Assembly: GCA_020053595.1 (NCBI GenBank)
Contig: JAGVMV010000046.1
Coordinates: 197 to 64,196, forward strand
DNA: 64,000 nucleotides
Direction of reading: 5' to 3'
Origin: Thermoleophilia bacterium
GTDB lineage: Bacteria; Actinomycetota; Thermoleophilia; BMS3ABIN01
Part shown: positions 39,494-49,138 of the stretch, in pieces
Layout: each line of letters opens with the position of its first letter
How positions within the stretch are numbered: the stretch's first letter is position 1
Made by a program: the position numbers and the translations under genes
Notes under the pieces: model-generated
What the model was told of the DNA's origin: nothing
The model's input: only the letters and a program-made list of their open reading frames with translations
The model's database searches: none

Positions 39494-40444
39494 TCATGAC
39501 GGTTTCTTCACGGTCAGTGAGATATGCATGGAGTCATCGAGCCGTGTGAACCACTGCTCCCAGGAGCGATGGTAAATACCGTACAAGACGCCCAGGGTAA
39601 GATTCCCGACCCGGGTGCGGCAAAGAACCCGGGCCAAACGGACTTTTCCGGCCAGGGCTCTTTGTCTCTGGGTGTATTCGTTGTCCAGGTACCACAGGTA
39701 ATACCAGGGGGGCAGGATACCGGAATCCATTTTGGTCACATCTTCCACGACAAAACCTTGGCGCTGGAAACGCTTGAGTATTACGCTCGGCAGTTCCAGA
39801 CCGTTGTGGCCTACGCGTTCCACGAAGTATTTCTGGTAGAGGTCCGGGTCTCGTTTCGCTCTTCTGACAAAAATATTTTCACTGTCAGTTTCGATGAAGT
39901 GGACGCTTTTACCCCCAGGTTTTAGCACGCGGTGAATCTCCGCCACCACCGCGTCCTTGTTGGCGGCGGGAACATGCCCGATGAGATGGGCGCTGACGAC
40001 GCAGTCGAAGCTGCCGGCGGCAAAAGGCAGACAGGCTACTGATCCCTGGACTGCAAAGTTGTAATGATGGGATGCCACCTGAGCGGCACTCAAAGTCAGA
40101 TCGATGCCGGTCACCGTGCGGCTTAAGCGGGCGTACGTATAACTGCCGGTCCAGCAGCCCAGGTCAAGCGAGTCGCCACCCCTGACCAGATGCCGTTGGG
40201 CGTAGACACGCTCCCGGTATGTCCAATACTTCAGGGCCGAGCCCAGGAAGCGATGGAACAAAGTCGGGGCACAGAACTCCTTATCCAGTTCCCAAATATC
40301 GTCGTAATTACGGTAAAGCGTGGCCTGCGGGTAGAAGACGGGCACCCCCTCTGCCACGGCGAAGACCGAACCGCAGGCGGGACACTCGAAACTGTCATGA
40401 CGCGCGGTCAGCGGTGTATGGCATGTGGTGCAAACCAGCTGCAC
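39494..40444 (-). CDS. SAM-dependent methyltransferase with Trm112-like Zn finger
   Basis: CTTC...CPACG...GVP, LDLGC, LPFAAGSFD, RVLKPGG. Confidence 0.85.
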   Translation of the reverse strand: MQLVCTTCHTPLTARHDSFECPACGSVFAVAEGVPVFYPQATLYRNYDDIWELDKEFCAPTLFHRFLGSALKYWTYRERVYAQRHLVRGGDSLDLGCWTGSYTYARLSRTVTGIDLTLSAAQVASHHYNFAVQGSVACLPFAAGSFDCVVSAHLIGHVPAANKDAVVAEIHRVLKPGGKSVHFIETDSENIFVRRAKRDPDLYQKYFVERVGHNGLELPSVILKRFQRQGFVVEDVTKMDSGILPPWYYLWYLDNEYTQRQRALAGKVRLARVLCRTRVGNLTLGVLYGIYHRSWEQWFTRLDDSMHISLTVKKPS

Positions 40445-40521
40445 CGGGCATCCATCCAGCCTTGAGCTGGCGCGAACATCGACCTGGCTTTTGTCACAAA
40501 AAGTATTAATGGCTCAATCAG

Positions 40522-41733
40522 TCACAATTTGCCGTGTTCCAGCACGGCTTTCAGAGTGCCCGCGACCCGCCTGGCGTCGTCATCGCTCATCGCCGGATAG
40601 AGCGGCAGAGATAGCGTGCGCTCCGACATGGCCGTGGCCACCGGATAATCTTCCGGCCTCAAACCAAAACGGTCGCGGTAGTAAGGATGCAGGTGCAGGG
40701 CGCGGAAGTGCACGGAGACGCCGATGTTAAGCTGTTCCATCATAGCAGCTACTTCATCGCGGGTGACACCAAGCAAGCCTAGTTCGAGCCGAACGATGTA
40801 GAGATGGTGAGCGTGGTCCGTGTCATCGTCCGCCGGGGCCGGCAGGTCAAGCAGCGGGAAGTCAGCGAGTTCTTCGTCATAGGCCCTTGCCAGTCGCCGG
40901 CGGCTCTCTTGCATGGCATCGGCCCGCTTGAGCTGTTCGATGCCCAGCGCGGCCTGGAGATCGAACATGTTGTATTTGAATCCCGGTTCCATAACCTCGT
41001 AATAGCGGTGGCCGCGGCGGCCGTAGCGATTCCAGGCGTCAGCGCTCATCCCGTGCAGGCTGAGCACCCGCGCCCGACGCTCGAGCTCCGGGTCGTCGGT
41101 TGTCAACATACCGCCTTCCCCGGTTGTAATGTTCTTGGTCGCATAGAAGCTGAAAGCTGTAAGCGGAGAGATGGAGCCTACCATGCGGTCGCGGTATCGG
41201 GCGCCCAGTGCGTGTGCCGCGTCTTCGATGACAACGAGACCATGTTCTGCCGCCAGTCCGCCAATCGCCTCCATGTCACAGGGCCGCCCGCCGAAATGAA
41301 CCGGCATCAACGCCTTGGTACAGCCGGTCAAGGCTTTCTGTATAAGACCTGGATTAATATTCATAGTCTCAGGGTCAATGTCGGCGAAGACAGGCGTGGC
41401 ACCGGCGTGGATAACCGTATTGGCCGTAGCGGCAAAAGTAAAAGGCGTGGTGATGACCTCGTCGCCGGGGCCAACATCCGAAGTCAGCAGGGCCAGGTGC
41501 ATGGCCGCCGTACAGGAGTTGAGCGCTAAGGCGTACCGCGCCCCGGCGAACTCGGCGAACATGCTTTCAAACTCGGCCGTGCGTTGTCCCCTGGTGAGCC
41601 ACCGCGAACGCAGCACAGCCATCACGGCCCGCTCCTCCTCTTGCCCTAGAGATGGTTGATGGAAAGGCAGGTAATCCTTCTGCACCAGATCGACCGGCAG
41701 CTCTGGCGGCGATTTTCCGGTGACCCCGCTCAT
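40522..41733 (-). CDS. DegT/DnrJ/EryC1/StrS nucleotide-sugar aminotransferase (probably C4)
   Basis: NSCTAA, EDAAHA, FSFYATKNITTGEGG. Confidence 0.93.
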   Translation of the reverse strand: MSGVTGKSPPELPVDLVQKDYLPFHQPSLGQEEERAVMAVLRSRWLTRGQRTAEFESMFAEFAGARYALALNSCTAAMHLALLTSDVGPGDEVITTPFTFAATANTVIHAGATPVFADIDPETMNINPGLIQKALTGCTKALMPVHFGGRPCDMEAIGGLAAEHGLVVIEDAAHALGARYRDRMVGSISPLTAFSFYATKNITTGEGGMLTTDDPELERRARVLSLHGMSADAWNRYGRRGHRYYEVMEPGFKYNMFDLQAALGIEQLKRADAMQESRRRLARAYDEELADFPLLDLPAPADDDTDHAHHLYIVRLELGLLGVTRDEVAAMMEQLNIGVSVHFRALHLHPYYRDRFGLRPEDYPVATAMSERTLSLPLYPAMSDDDARRVAGTLKAVLEHGKL

Positions 41734-43229
41734 GCCTGCTCCTTGCTCCCAATAGTATCCGTGTAGCCGGCGCCTCGGGTTTTTTCGTCATTGAGACTTT
41801 TGACCAGCCGTGGTATTACCATTGCCAATCCAACGAAATAGGCCCCTTCGAGAGTAGGTAGCCGGTTGCTCAGAGGCGACATGGCAATAACTACCACAAG
41901 TGCGATGCCAGTTCCCAGGAGAGCAATCTCGTAAACCCAATCGTGGGTACGGCGGTAGAGCTGGAAAGAATCTTTCAGTGTGACGGCGATAGCCAGATAG
42001 AACAGGATGAGGCCGGCGATACCGGATTTGAAAAATAGCCATGCCATGCCGTTGTGGCCTGTGTGGGTGGTGAAACCATTTCCAAACTCATCATTGAAGT
42101 CGATGCTGGCTCCAAACCCGTTACCTAGCAGCAGATGCTCGCGCGCCGCTTCCAGCATGCGGTCGGCTTCCCGGTGACGCATGTCTATATTCTGGGCGCC
42201 GGTGATGTCAGTAGGCACCAGGCGATCAGCCATCAGTCCACCGAAGTCCTTGATGCCGCCAGTGGAAAGCGGTGCGATCAGGACAATCACAATCACGGCC
42301 GTGGCGGAGAGGACAAGGCCGGCCCTAAGAGTCTGGCCTCCGCTTTTTAAAAGCCCCAGGCAGAGCGTCAGGAGCATCGAGGCGATGGCCGCTGCCCAAT
42401 GGGTGCGGGTCATGCTAAAGAGCAAACCCATGATCACAAAAGGCGAGGAAGCGAGCAGCCAGAATGATGTGCGGCAGCGGGGGGCGAAAAGCGCCACCGC
42501 GACCAGTATTGGCACCACTACTACGAACATAAGATCAGCACCGTTGAGCATCGTGCGCGAGCCGCCGATCGACCCGGCGTAAGGGGTGAGAGCCTGCCAG
42601 ATATATGATTCTCCACGGGGGTAATGGGTCACGAAGAAACTCACGATCGTGGACTTCACTCCGGCCAGCGTAACTACGATTCCAATCGTGCACAACATTA
42701 ACCACAGGTCACGCCGCCGGCGTATTTCCAGCGCCGCCCACACGAAGGCGAGAGGCAGGAACGACATCGTGTGTAGCTCGTTACGAAGCAGCTCCGGAGA
42801 ATTCCCGTGGTAGATGCCAGTGGCCACCATGAGCCCGACCCACGCCACAATCAGTATAAACGCCGCTTTGGGATAAGTCAGAGCCTGGTGGCGGCGGGCG
42901 GCCCGGAGTAGTGCAAACGCCAGTGCCGGGAGCAGCATTACGTCGATGAAGTTGATTTGCGCGCCAAGGATGGTGACGCCGGAAAAAATACCGGCGCCGA
43001 GCAGTGAAAAGACAGCCACTGGTGAAGCAACGCCCAGCCATGGGAAACGTCCCGAGAAGAAGCCCACCACCGATCCCAACAGGAGCGCCAGTACGCACAT
43101 GGCAGGCAGGAGGCTGGCAGAGATGGCCACCAGTACGGCCGCTGCTACGAGCATGGCCGCCAGGTTGAGCCGGGCAGGTTTCCGTAACAATCCCTGTCTA
43201 AAGAAGAGGGTTTTGGTGAAAGCGGGCAT
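41730..43229 (-). CDS. O-antigen ligase/Wzy polymerase family membrane protein
   Basis: Polytopic; SMTR, GNGFG, HNG, GIAG motifs. Confidence 0.78.
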   Translation of the reverse strand: MPAFTKTLFFRQGLLRKPARLNLAAMLVAAAVLVAISASLLPAMCVLALLLGSVVGFFSGRFPWLGVASPVAVFSLLGAGIFSGVTILGAQINFIDVMLLPALAFALLRAARRHQALTYPKAAFILIVAWVGLMVATGIYHGNSPELLRNELHTMSFLPLAFVWAALEIRRRRDLWLMLCTIGIVVTLAGVKSTIVSFFVTHYPRGESYIWQALTPYAGSIGGSRTMLNGADLMFVVVVPILVAVALFAPRCRTSFWLLASSPFVIMGLLFSMTRTHWAAAIASMLLTLCLGLLKSGGQTLRAGLVLSATAVIVIVLIAPLSTGGIKDFGGLMADRLVPTDITGAQNIDMRHREADRMLEAAREHLLLGNGFGASIDFNDEFGNGFTTHTGHNGMAWLFFKSGIAGLILFYLAIAVTLKDSFQLYRRTHDWVYEIALLGTGIALVVVIAMSPLSNRLPTLEGAYFVGLAMVIPRLVKSLNDEKTRGAGYTDTIGSKEQA

Positions 43230-43230
43230 A

Positions 43231-44703
43231 TCAGCCGTCCACCTGTTCAGTCTGGGCTGATCCTTCCGGTTCGATCTTCCCGAGCAGCATCGGCACGGCC
43301 AGGGCAAGGCCCAGGAAATAAGCGCCTTCGGGATTGACGAAACGATTGACCAATACGGACATGGACACCAAAGCCAAGAGCGCGACAGACATGCCTATAG
43401 CGGCGATTTTCAGCCAATCATCGCTGAGGGTCCGGGCAATAGCCAGAGAACGGCGCACAGAGATCGCGATAGCCAGGCAGAACATCGTCAACCCGAGCAA
43501 ACCGGCCTTGAGGATGAGCCAAAGATAGCCGTTATGGCTCCAGTTGGTGATCACTCTCCCGAGGTAGTCCACATAGGAATATCTGGAGCCGAAACCGCTG
43601 CCGATGAAAATGTGTTCCCGCGCCGTGTCCAGCAAGGCTTCTCCTTCCATGATGCGGTAATCAAGGGTGCCACTGCCCACATTGGGGTCGAAAGCCATGC
43701 GCCGCTGCATCAGCTCCGCCAGGTTATAGTTGGAAGCCACCGGCGAAAAGGAAGAGAATACCAAAATGGCCGCCGCGGCAATGATGGTGACAGAAAGGGC
43801 GATCCCTGCGGCCTGCAACCTGGCTTTACGTGCGCCGAGTGCCAGCACCAGAAGCAGCGACGCGATGGCAACCGCCAAGTTGGTGCGGGTAAGACCAAGG
43901 AGCAACCCCGCTAATACGGGCAGAGCGGCGAGGATGAGGAGCGGATAGTTGCGCCGCCTGTTCAGGTAAAGAGCCATCGCAGCCAACAGCGGCGTCACCA
44001 ATACGAATAATGTGTCGGCGCCACCCAGGATAGTGCGGCTGCCTCCCAACTGTTCGCTGGTTATGTCCTGGATCTGCCACATATAATTGAAACTGGTAAT
44101 ATGACTGCCCAAAATGTTGGCTGCCACCGATTTCAGTCCTGCCGCTGCCGTCGCGGTGATAAAGACTATGATGAAAAGGCGGACATCGTTCCGGGAGCGT
44201 AACTCGGCCATGGCCCAGAAATACGCCACGGGGATGTAGAGCATGGTGTGAAGCTCGTTGCGAATAATAGCGGCATCGTTAACGAAGTAAATCCCGGTGA
44301 GAGTCGCCATGATGATCATGAAGCCCAACAAGGTGACGGATATATCCGGGCGTGACAGACGTCGGCGGCCAGAGAGCACCCGGAAAGCGGTAGGCGCCAA
44401 CGCGGGGATAATAAGCATATCCGCCAGATTGAGCCGGGCGTCGCCCAGTGTTATACCGCCGTATAGCCCGATTCCGATCAGGGCGAAAATGACCAGGGGA
44501 AATGCCACACTCAAAGCGGGAAAGCGGGCGGCAATAAAAGCGATGACCAGCGATATCACCGTCACTTCAACCATCAGCTGGCTTGTTTGCCCCACGGCAA
44601 ACAACAAACCGATGAAGGCGAATAGAAATAACAGGGCCAGCGCCCGCAGCAGCGGGCGTGTTCCTCCGAACTGCAATTGAAGTGTCTGGCTCAACTCCGT
44701 CAA
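43231..44703 (-). CDS. O-antigen ligase/Wzy polymerase family membrane protein (paralog of the neighbour)
   Basis: Polytopic; GLTR, GSGFG, SHNGY, GLLG. Confidence 0.78.
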   Translation of the reverse strand: MTELSQTLQLQFGGTRPLLRALALLFLFAFIGLLFAVGQTSQLMVEVTVISLVIAFIAARFPALSVAFPLVIFALIGIGLYGGITLGDARLNLADMLIIPALAPTAFRVLSGRRRLSRPDISVTLLGFMIIMATLTGIYFVNDAAIIRNELHTMLYIPVAYFWAMAELRSRNDVRLFIIVFITATAAAGLKSVAANILGSHITSFNYMWQIQDITSEQLGGSRTILGGADTLFVLVTPLLAAMALYLNRRRNYPLLILAALPVLAGLLLGLTRTNLAVAIASLLLVLALGARKARLQAAGIALSVTIIAAAAILVFSSFSPVASNYNLAELMQRRMAFDPNVGSGTLDYRIMEGEALLDTAREHIFIGSGFGSRYSYVDYLGRVITNWSHNGYLWLILKAGLLGLTMFCLAIAISVRRSLAIARTLSDDWLKIAAIGMSVALLALVSMSVLVNRFVNPEGAYFLGLALAVPMLLGKIEPEGSAQTEQVDG

Positions 44704-44743
44704 GGTGCAACCTTTGTTTCTGTCATGTTCTTGTCCAGGAGGA

Positions 44744-45871
44744 TCAGGCCAGGGGGCCTGTCGCGCTTACAGCCGAAGCCTCTTTGATGGCCGTCGCTAC
44801 GTAACGTATCTCCTGCTCCTCCAGCTCCGGCCCGATGGGCAACGATAGCACCTCGCGGCAGGCAGTTTCCGCAGTGGGAAAAAATCCCGCCCCATATCCC
44901 AAATTGGCGAAGGCCGGCTGAAGGTGCAGGGGCTCAGGGTAATAGACCGCGCAACCTATACCTGCGGCCTTAAGCGACTCAATAACCGCTTCTCGTTGTT
45001 GCAGGCGCAGGGTGAACTGATGATACACATGATAGTTCCCCGGCGCCTCCACTGGCAGCTTTAACCCCGGTACGCCGTCCAGCAGCGTGGAGTAAAGACC
45101 GGCATAGCGGCGCCTGGCCTCATTCCACTGATCCAGGTATGGGAGCTTCACCCTGAGCAGGGCCGCCTGCAGCTCGTCCAGCCTGCTGTTGATCCCGATC
45201 TCCGTGAAAAAATACTTGCGGGCGCTGCCATGAGCCCTAAGTTGTCGCACCCGGGCGGCGAACTCCTCATCACGGGTTAGCACCATGCCGCCATCACCCA
45301 AGCAGCCCAGGTTCTTGCTGGGAAAGAAACTGAGGGCAGCGGTATCGCCAATGGAGCCGGTTTTGGACCCGCCGCAAACGGCGCCTAAAGCCTGGGCGTT
45401 ATCCTCGATGACGGGCACATGGTGATTTTTCGCTATCGCCATGATGGCTTTCATGTCCGCCGCCTGGCCATAAAGATGGACCGGGATGATGGCGCGGGTG
45501 CGAGCGGTCACCGCCGCTTCCACCAACGCCGGATCGATATTGAAAGTTTCAGGCTCTATGTCAACAAAAACCGGACGGCCTCCCGCCTGGATGATGACGT
45601 CCACGGTGGCGACAAAGGTGAAAGGCGTCGTTATGACCTCATCGCCCGGCTTTATATCGAGCGCACGCAGGCTGAGGTAGAGGGCGTCGGTCCCTGAGGC
45701 CACTCCCACGGCATATGGCACATCGCAGTAAGCGGCGACTTCGGCTTCCAGGGCGCTGACGTTCTCGCCCAGGATATAACGGCCGCTGGCGATCACGCGG
45801 GAGCAGGCCTCGCCCAGCTCATCCGTCAGCGCGCGGTGCAGCCGTTCCAGGTCGAGCAGGGGCACGTTCAT
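44744..45871 (-). CDS. DegT-family aminotransferase, WbpE-like
   Basis: SGTDAL, PVHLYGQ, SFFPSKNLG, NSRLDELQAA. Confidence 0.92.
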   Translation of the reverse strand: MNVPLLDLERLHRALTDELGEACSRVIASGRYILGENVSALEAEVAAYCDVPYAVGVASGTDALYLSLRALDIKPGDEVITTPFTFVATVDVIIQAGGRPVFVDIEPETFNIDPALVEAAVTARTRAIIPVHLYGQAADMKAIMAIAKNHHVPVIEDNAQALGAVCGGSKTGSIGDTAALSFFPSKNLGCLGDGGMVLTRDEEFAARVRQLRAHGSARKYFFTEIGINSRLDELQAALLRVKLPYLDQWNEARRRYAGLYSTLLDGVPGLKLPVEAPGNYHVYHQFTLRLQQREAVIESLKAAGIGCAVYYPEPLHLQPAFANLGYGAGFFPTAETACREVLSLPIGPELEEQEIRYVATAIKEASAVSATGPLA

Positions 45872-46659
45872 CGTCCCGCCCGCCTTTTGACCTCGTCCAC
45901 GTGTAGTTCGAGGAGCTGCTCAGGTGGTACGTCCCTCACCGGCCGGGCCGGCACTCCCATGACAACACAGCCTTCCGGCACATCACGGGTAACGACAGCG
46001 CCAGCGGCCACTACCGCGTCACGCCCCACGATAACTCCGGGCAGCAGGGTGGCCCCCGCGCCCACGCGCCCGCCTTCCCTGATAGTAGGTCCACGCATCC
46101 GGTCAAAACGCTCGGCGGTCCGGCCCAGGAAATTGTCGTTGCTGGTCACGGCGCCGGGACCGACGAAAACATAGTCTTCCAGGATGGAAAGTGCGGTGAT
46201 ATAGGCGCCTGTCTCCAGCTTGCAGAAACGGCCCACGCTGGTACCGTTCTCAATGCAGACACCCCGGCCGACGATGGAGTTATCTCCCACCGATACGTCT
46301 TCCCTCACGGTAGCCTGGTCTGCCACGAGCACCTGATCGCCCAGGAAAGCACCGCGGTAGACGACGGCCGCGGTACCGATGAGGCAGCCCTTGCCGATTC
46401 GTGCCGGCGCGAGTTCCCTCTCCTGGCTGAAAGCACTGATAGTGGAGCGGAGCGGCGCTTTGCCTATCACCGCGTAATCGTCTACACGGCAGCCGGCCCC
46501 GAGTGCGGTTCCAGCGCCGATGACGGCCCCACTGCCCAGTTGGCAGCTGTCACCAATGACGGCGTCCGCATGAACCTGGCAGCCTGGCGCGAGCACACAA
46601 CCCTTCCCCAGCCGGGCACTGGAATCGATCCAGACACCTGGTTCACGGTTGACCAGCAA
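45868..46659 (-). CDS. Hexapeptide-repeat N-acetyltransferase, WbpD-like
   Basis: Left-handed beta-helix hexapeptide repeats; AGAVVTRDVP...GVPAR. Confidence 0.88.
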   Translation of the reverse strand: MLVNREPGVWIDSSARLGKGCVLAPGCQVHADAVIGDSCQLGSGAVIGAGTALGAGCRVDDYAVIGKAPLRSTISAFSQERELAPARIGKGCLIGTAAVVYRGAFLGDQVLVADQATVREDVSVGDNSIVGRGVCIENGTSVGRFCKLETGAYITALSILEDYVFVGPGAVTSNDNFLGRTAERFDRMRGPTIREGGRVGAGATLLPGVIVGRDAVVAAGAVVTRDVPEGCVVMGVPARPVRDVPPEQLLELHVDEVKRRAGR

Positions 46660-46712
46660 TGTTCTCCTCCCTTAATGAGCAAAGCGGCTCCAGGCCGCCC
46701 GCCAAAGCGAAA

Positions 46713-47732
46713 CTAGATCGTACCCGCGGGGTGCCTCACAACTACCGGCATGCCACCACCGTTCAGAGATTCCTGAGCCGCTTCCAGCACCTGAAGAACC
46801 CGGACCCCGCTTTCGCCATCCGTGGCGGGCCGGCTGCGGGTAGCCACACACTCCAGAAAATGGCTGCACTCAACCGCTAACGGTTCGGCCGGCTCGAAAG
46901 TTATGACCTCATATCCGTTGCTTCTGATTGCCAGGCTCGATTTTGACTCGACGCCCTTGTCATACAGGCGTATCTTTTCCTCACTTTCCAGATCGTTGAA
47001 GACCAGCATGCGCCGGCTGCCGATGACGACCAGCCGGTGCTCCTTGAATGGGTGCAGCCAGCTCACGTAGATATGACCCCGCACGCCACCGGGAAAAGCC
47101 AGGCTGGAGATAGTGGTGTCGCTGATCCCGGGTTGCAGATAATTGCCGCCGGTGGCGACCACTTGTTCCGGCATACCGGCCAAGTCGATCATCACGGAAG
47201 CGTCATGCGGGGCGAAGCTCCAAAGAACGTTCTCTTCACGGCGCACCCGACCCAGGTTGAGCCTGTGGGAAGACATGTAGTAAAGCTCTCCCAGGGCGCC
47301 GGACGCCACCAGTTCGCGTATCTTCGCCACTGCGGGATGATAATGAAGCAGGTGTCCAACCATGAGCACGCGGTCCAACTCTACTGCCAGGGATACAAGT
47401 TCTTCCGCTTCTTCCGCGTGAAGGGCCATGGGTTTCTCCACGAACACGTCTTTACCGGAAAGCAGCGCCAACCGGGCCAGCTTGTGGTGCGTCTCCGCGG
47501 GGGTGGCTAGGACCACGGCGTCGACCTGGGGGTCGTCCAAAATATCCGCCAGCCTGGCCGTTAGCCTCACTTCTGGATAGGAAGCGCCGAACCCCGCGAG
47601 CGTTTCCGGCTCGGTATCACAGATAGTATGAAGCGCCCCAAGTTGCGCGAAATTGCGCACCAGGTTCTTGCCCCAGAAACCGGAGCCGGCCACTGCCACG
47701 GTGATACCGTTACTACCCTTGCCGGCGATCAA
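46713..47732 (-). CDS. Gfo/Idh/MocA oxidoreductase, WbpB-like
   Basis: GSGFWG, VEKP, VGH, WSFAPHD, SWLHP. Confidence 0.9.
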   Translation of the reverse strand: MIAGKGSNGITVAVAGSGFWGKNLVRNFAQLGALHTICDTEPETLAGFGASYPEVRLTARLADILDDPQVDAVVLATPAETHHKLARLALLSGKDVFVEKPMALHAEEAEELVSLAVELDRVLMVGHLLHYHPAVAKIRELVASGALGELYYMSSHRLNLGRVRREENVLWSFAPHDASVMIDLAGMPEQVVATGGNYLQPGISDTTISSLAFPGGVRGHIYVSWLHPFKEHRLVVIGSRRMLVFNDLESEEKIRLYDKGVESKSSLAIRSNGYEVITFEPAEPLAVECSHFLECVATRSRPATDGESGVRVLQVLEAAQESLNGGGMPVVVRHPAGTI

Positions 47733-49081
47733 ATCGAATACACCTTTCCTCCAGATACCGGAACTATATTGCGGGTATCAACCACCAGCCGCGCATCGCG
47801 CCCTACCGCTGCCCAATCGATGGCGCTGTGGGGTGTCAGAACCACTACACAATCGGCTGCCGCCAGCGCCGCCCCATCCAACGGCATGCTGCGGAAAAGC
47901 TGCTCGCCCACCGAGAAAGCAGGCACATGCGGGTCGTGGTAACTCACCCGCGCCCCGTTCTCCATCAGCAGCTCCACAATCTTGATGGCCGGTGACTCGC
48001 GCAGGTCGGAGACATCCGCCTTATATGCTGCGCCCAGCAGCATAACCGACGCGCCCTTCAGACACTGCGATCGTTCGTTAAGCACAGTGATTACCCGTTC
48101 CACGACGTAATGAGGCATGCGCGTGTTGATCTTGCCCGCCAGCTCGATAAACTCCGTGCTCATGCCGAGTTCGCGGGCCTTGTAGGAGAGATAGAAGGGG
48201 TCGATGGGAATGCAGTGACCGCCCATGCCGGGTCCCGGATAAAAGGGCGTGAAACCGAAAGGCTTGGTCGCGGCCGCGTCAACCACCTCCCAGACGTTGA
48301 TATCCATGGCATTGCAGATCATCGCCAGTTCGTTCACCAGGGCGATGTTGACAGAACGGTATACATTCTCCAGTAGCTTGGCCATCTCTGCTGCTTCCGG
48401 ACTGGACAAAGACACTATTGTCTCGATGAACTGCCCGTAAAAGAGCGATGCCATCCCCGTGCAATCCGCCGTGACGCCGCCGACCAGTTTTGGAGTCCGG
48501 GAGAGGCTATAGCCGCTGCCGGGGTTGACCCGCTCCGGGGAGAAGGCCAGCCAGAAATCGCTGCCCGCGCTGAGCCCGCCCTGCTCCAGCACCGGTAGCA
48601 ACTCCTCGCGGGTGCACCCCGGGTAGGTGGTGCTTTCCAAGATCACCAGCATACCCGGTTTCAAGCATTCCCGGACCAGCCGGGTGGCTTCACGGATGTA
48701 TGACATGTCGGGAGTCTGGCTCTGGGTAAGCGGGGTGGGAACGCTGATGATGATAATATCTGCTTCGTCGAGCAGGGAAGGGTTGGACCCCGGGTTGAAG
48801 ATCCCCTTGGCCATCAGGTCCTCGAGCCGCGAGTCGGCGACGTCGGAAATGTAGCTCCGGCCGGCCCGCAGACTGCTGATTTTGCGAGGGTCCACATCGA
48901 AACCCATCACCGGGAAACCGGATTCGGCCGCATGCACACAGAGCGGCAGACCCACGTAGCCAAGTCCGATAACTCCCACACTGGCCTGTCTCGAGCGGAC
49001 TTTTTCTTCCAACTGAGACCGGTGCTGGGAAAGGTTGGCTGTTATGAAAGAGTCCTCGTGTGAAAAATCGGTCCTGTTCAA
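47729..49081 (-). CDS. UDP-GlcNAc/ManNAc 6-dehydrogenase, WbpA/WecC-like
   Basis: GLGYVGLP, ESTTYPG, SPER, KLLEN, GGHCIPIDP, DLRESP. Confidence 0.94.
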   Translation of the reverse strand: MNRTDFSHEDSFITANLSQHRSQLEEKVRSRQASVGVIGLGYVGLPLCVHAAESGFPVMGFDVDPRKISSLRAGRSYISDVADSRLEDLMAKGIFNPGSNPSLLDEADIIIISVPTPLTQSQTPDMSYIREATRLVRECLKPGMLVILESTTYPGCTREELLPVLEQGGLSAGSDFWLAFSPERVNPGSGYSLSRTPKLVGGVTADCTGMASLFYGQFIETIVSLSSPEAAEMAKLLENVYRSVNIALVNELAMICNAMDINVWEVVDAAATKPFGFTPFYPGPGMGGHCIPIDPFYLSYKARELGMSTEFIELAGKINTRMPHYVVERVITVLNERSQCLKGASVMLLGAAYKADVSDLRESPAIKIVELLMENGARVSYHDPHVPAFSVGEQLFRSMPLDGAALAAADCVVVLTPHSAIDWAAVGRDARLVVDTRNIVPVSGGKVYSI

Positions 49082-49138
49082 GTGGTGCTCCCTTATACTG
49101 GTGGAAACCGGCCCCGCTTACGGCTACTTACCGCCCGC

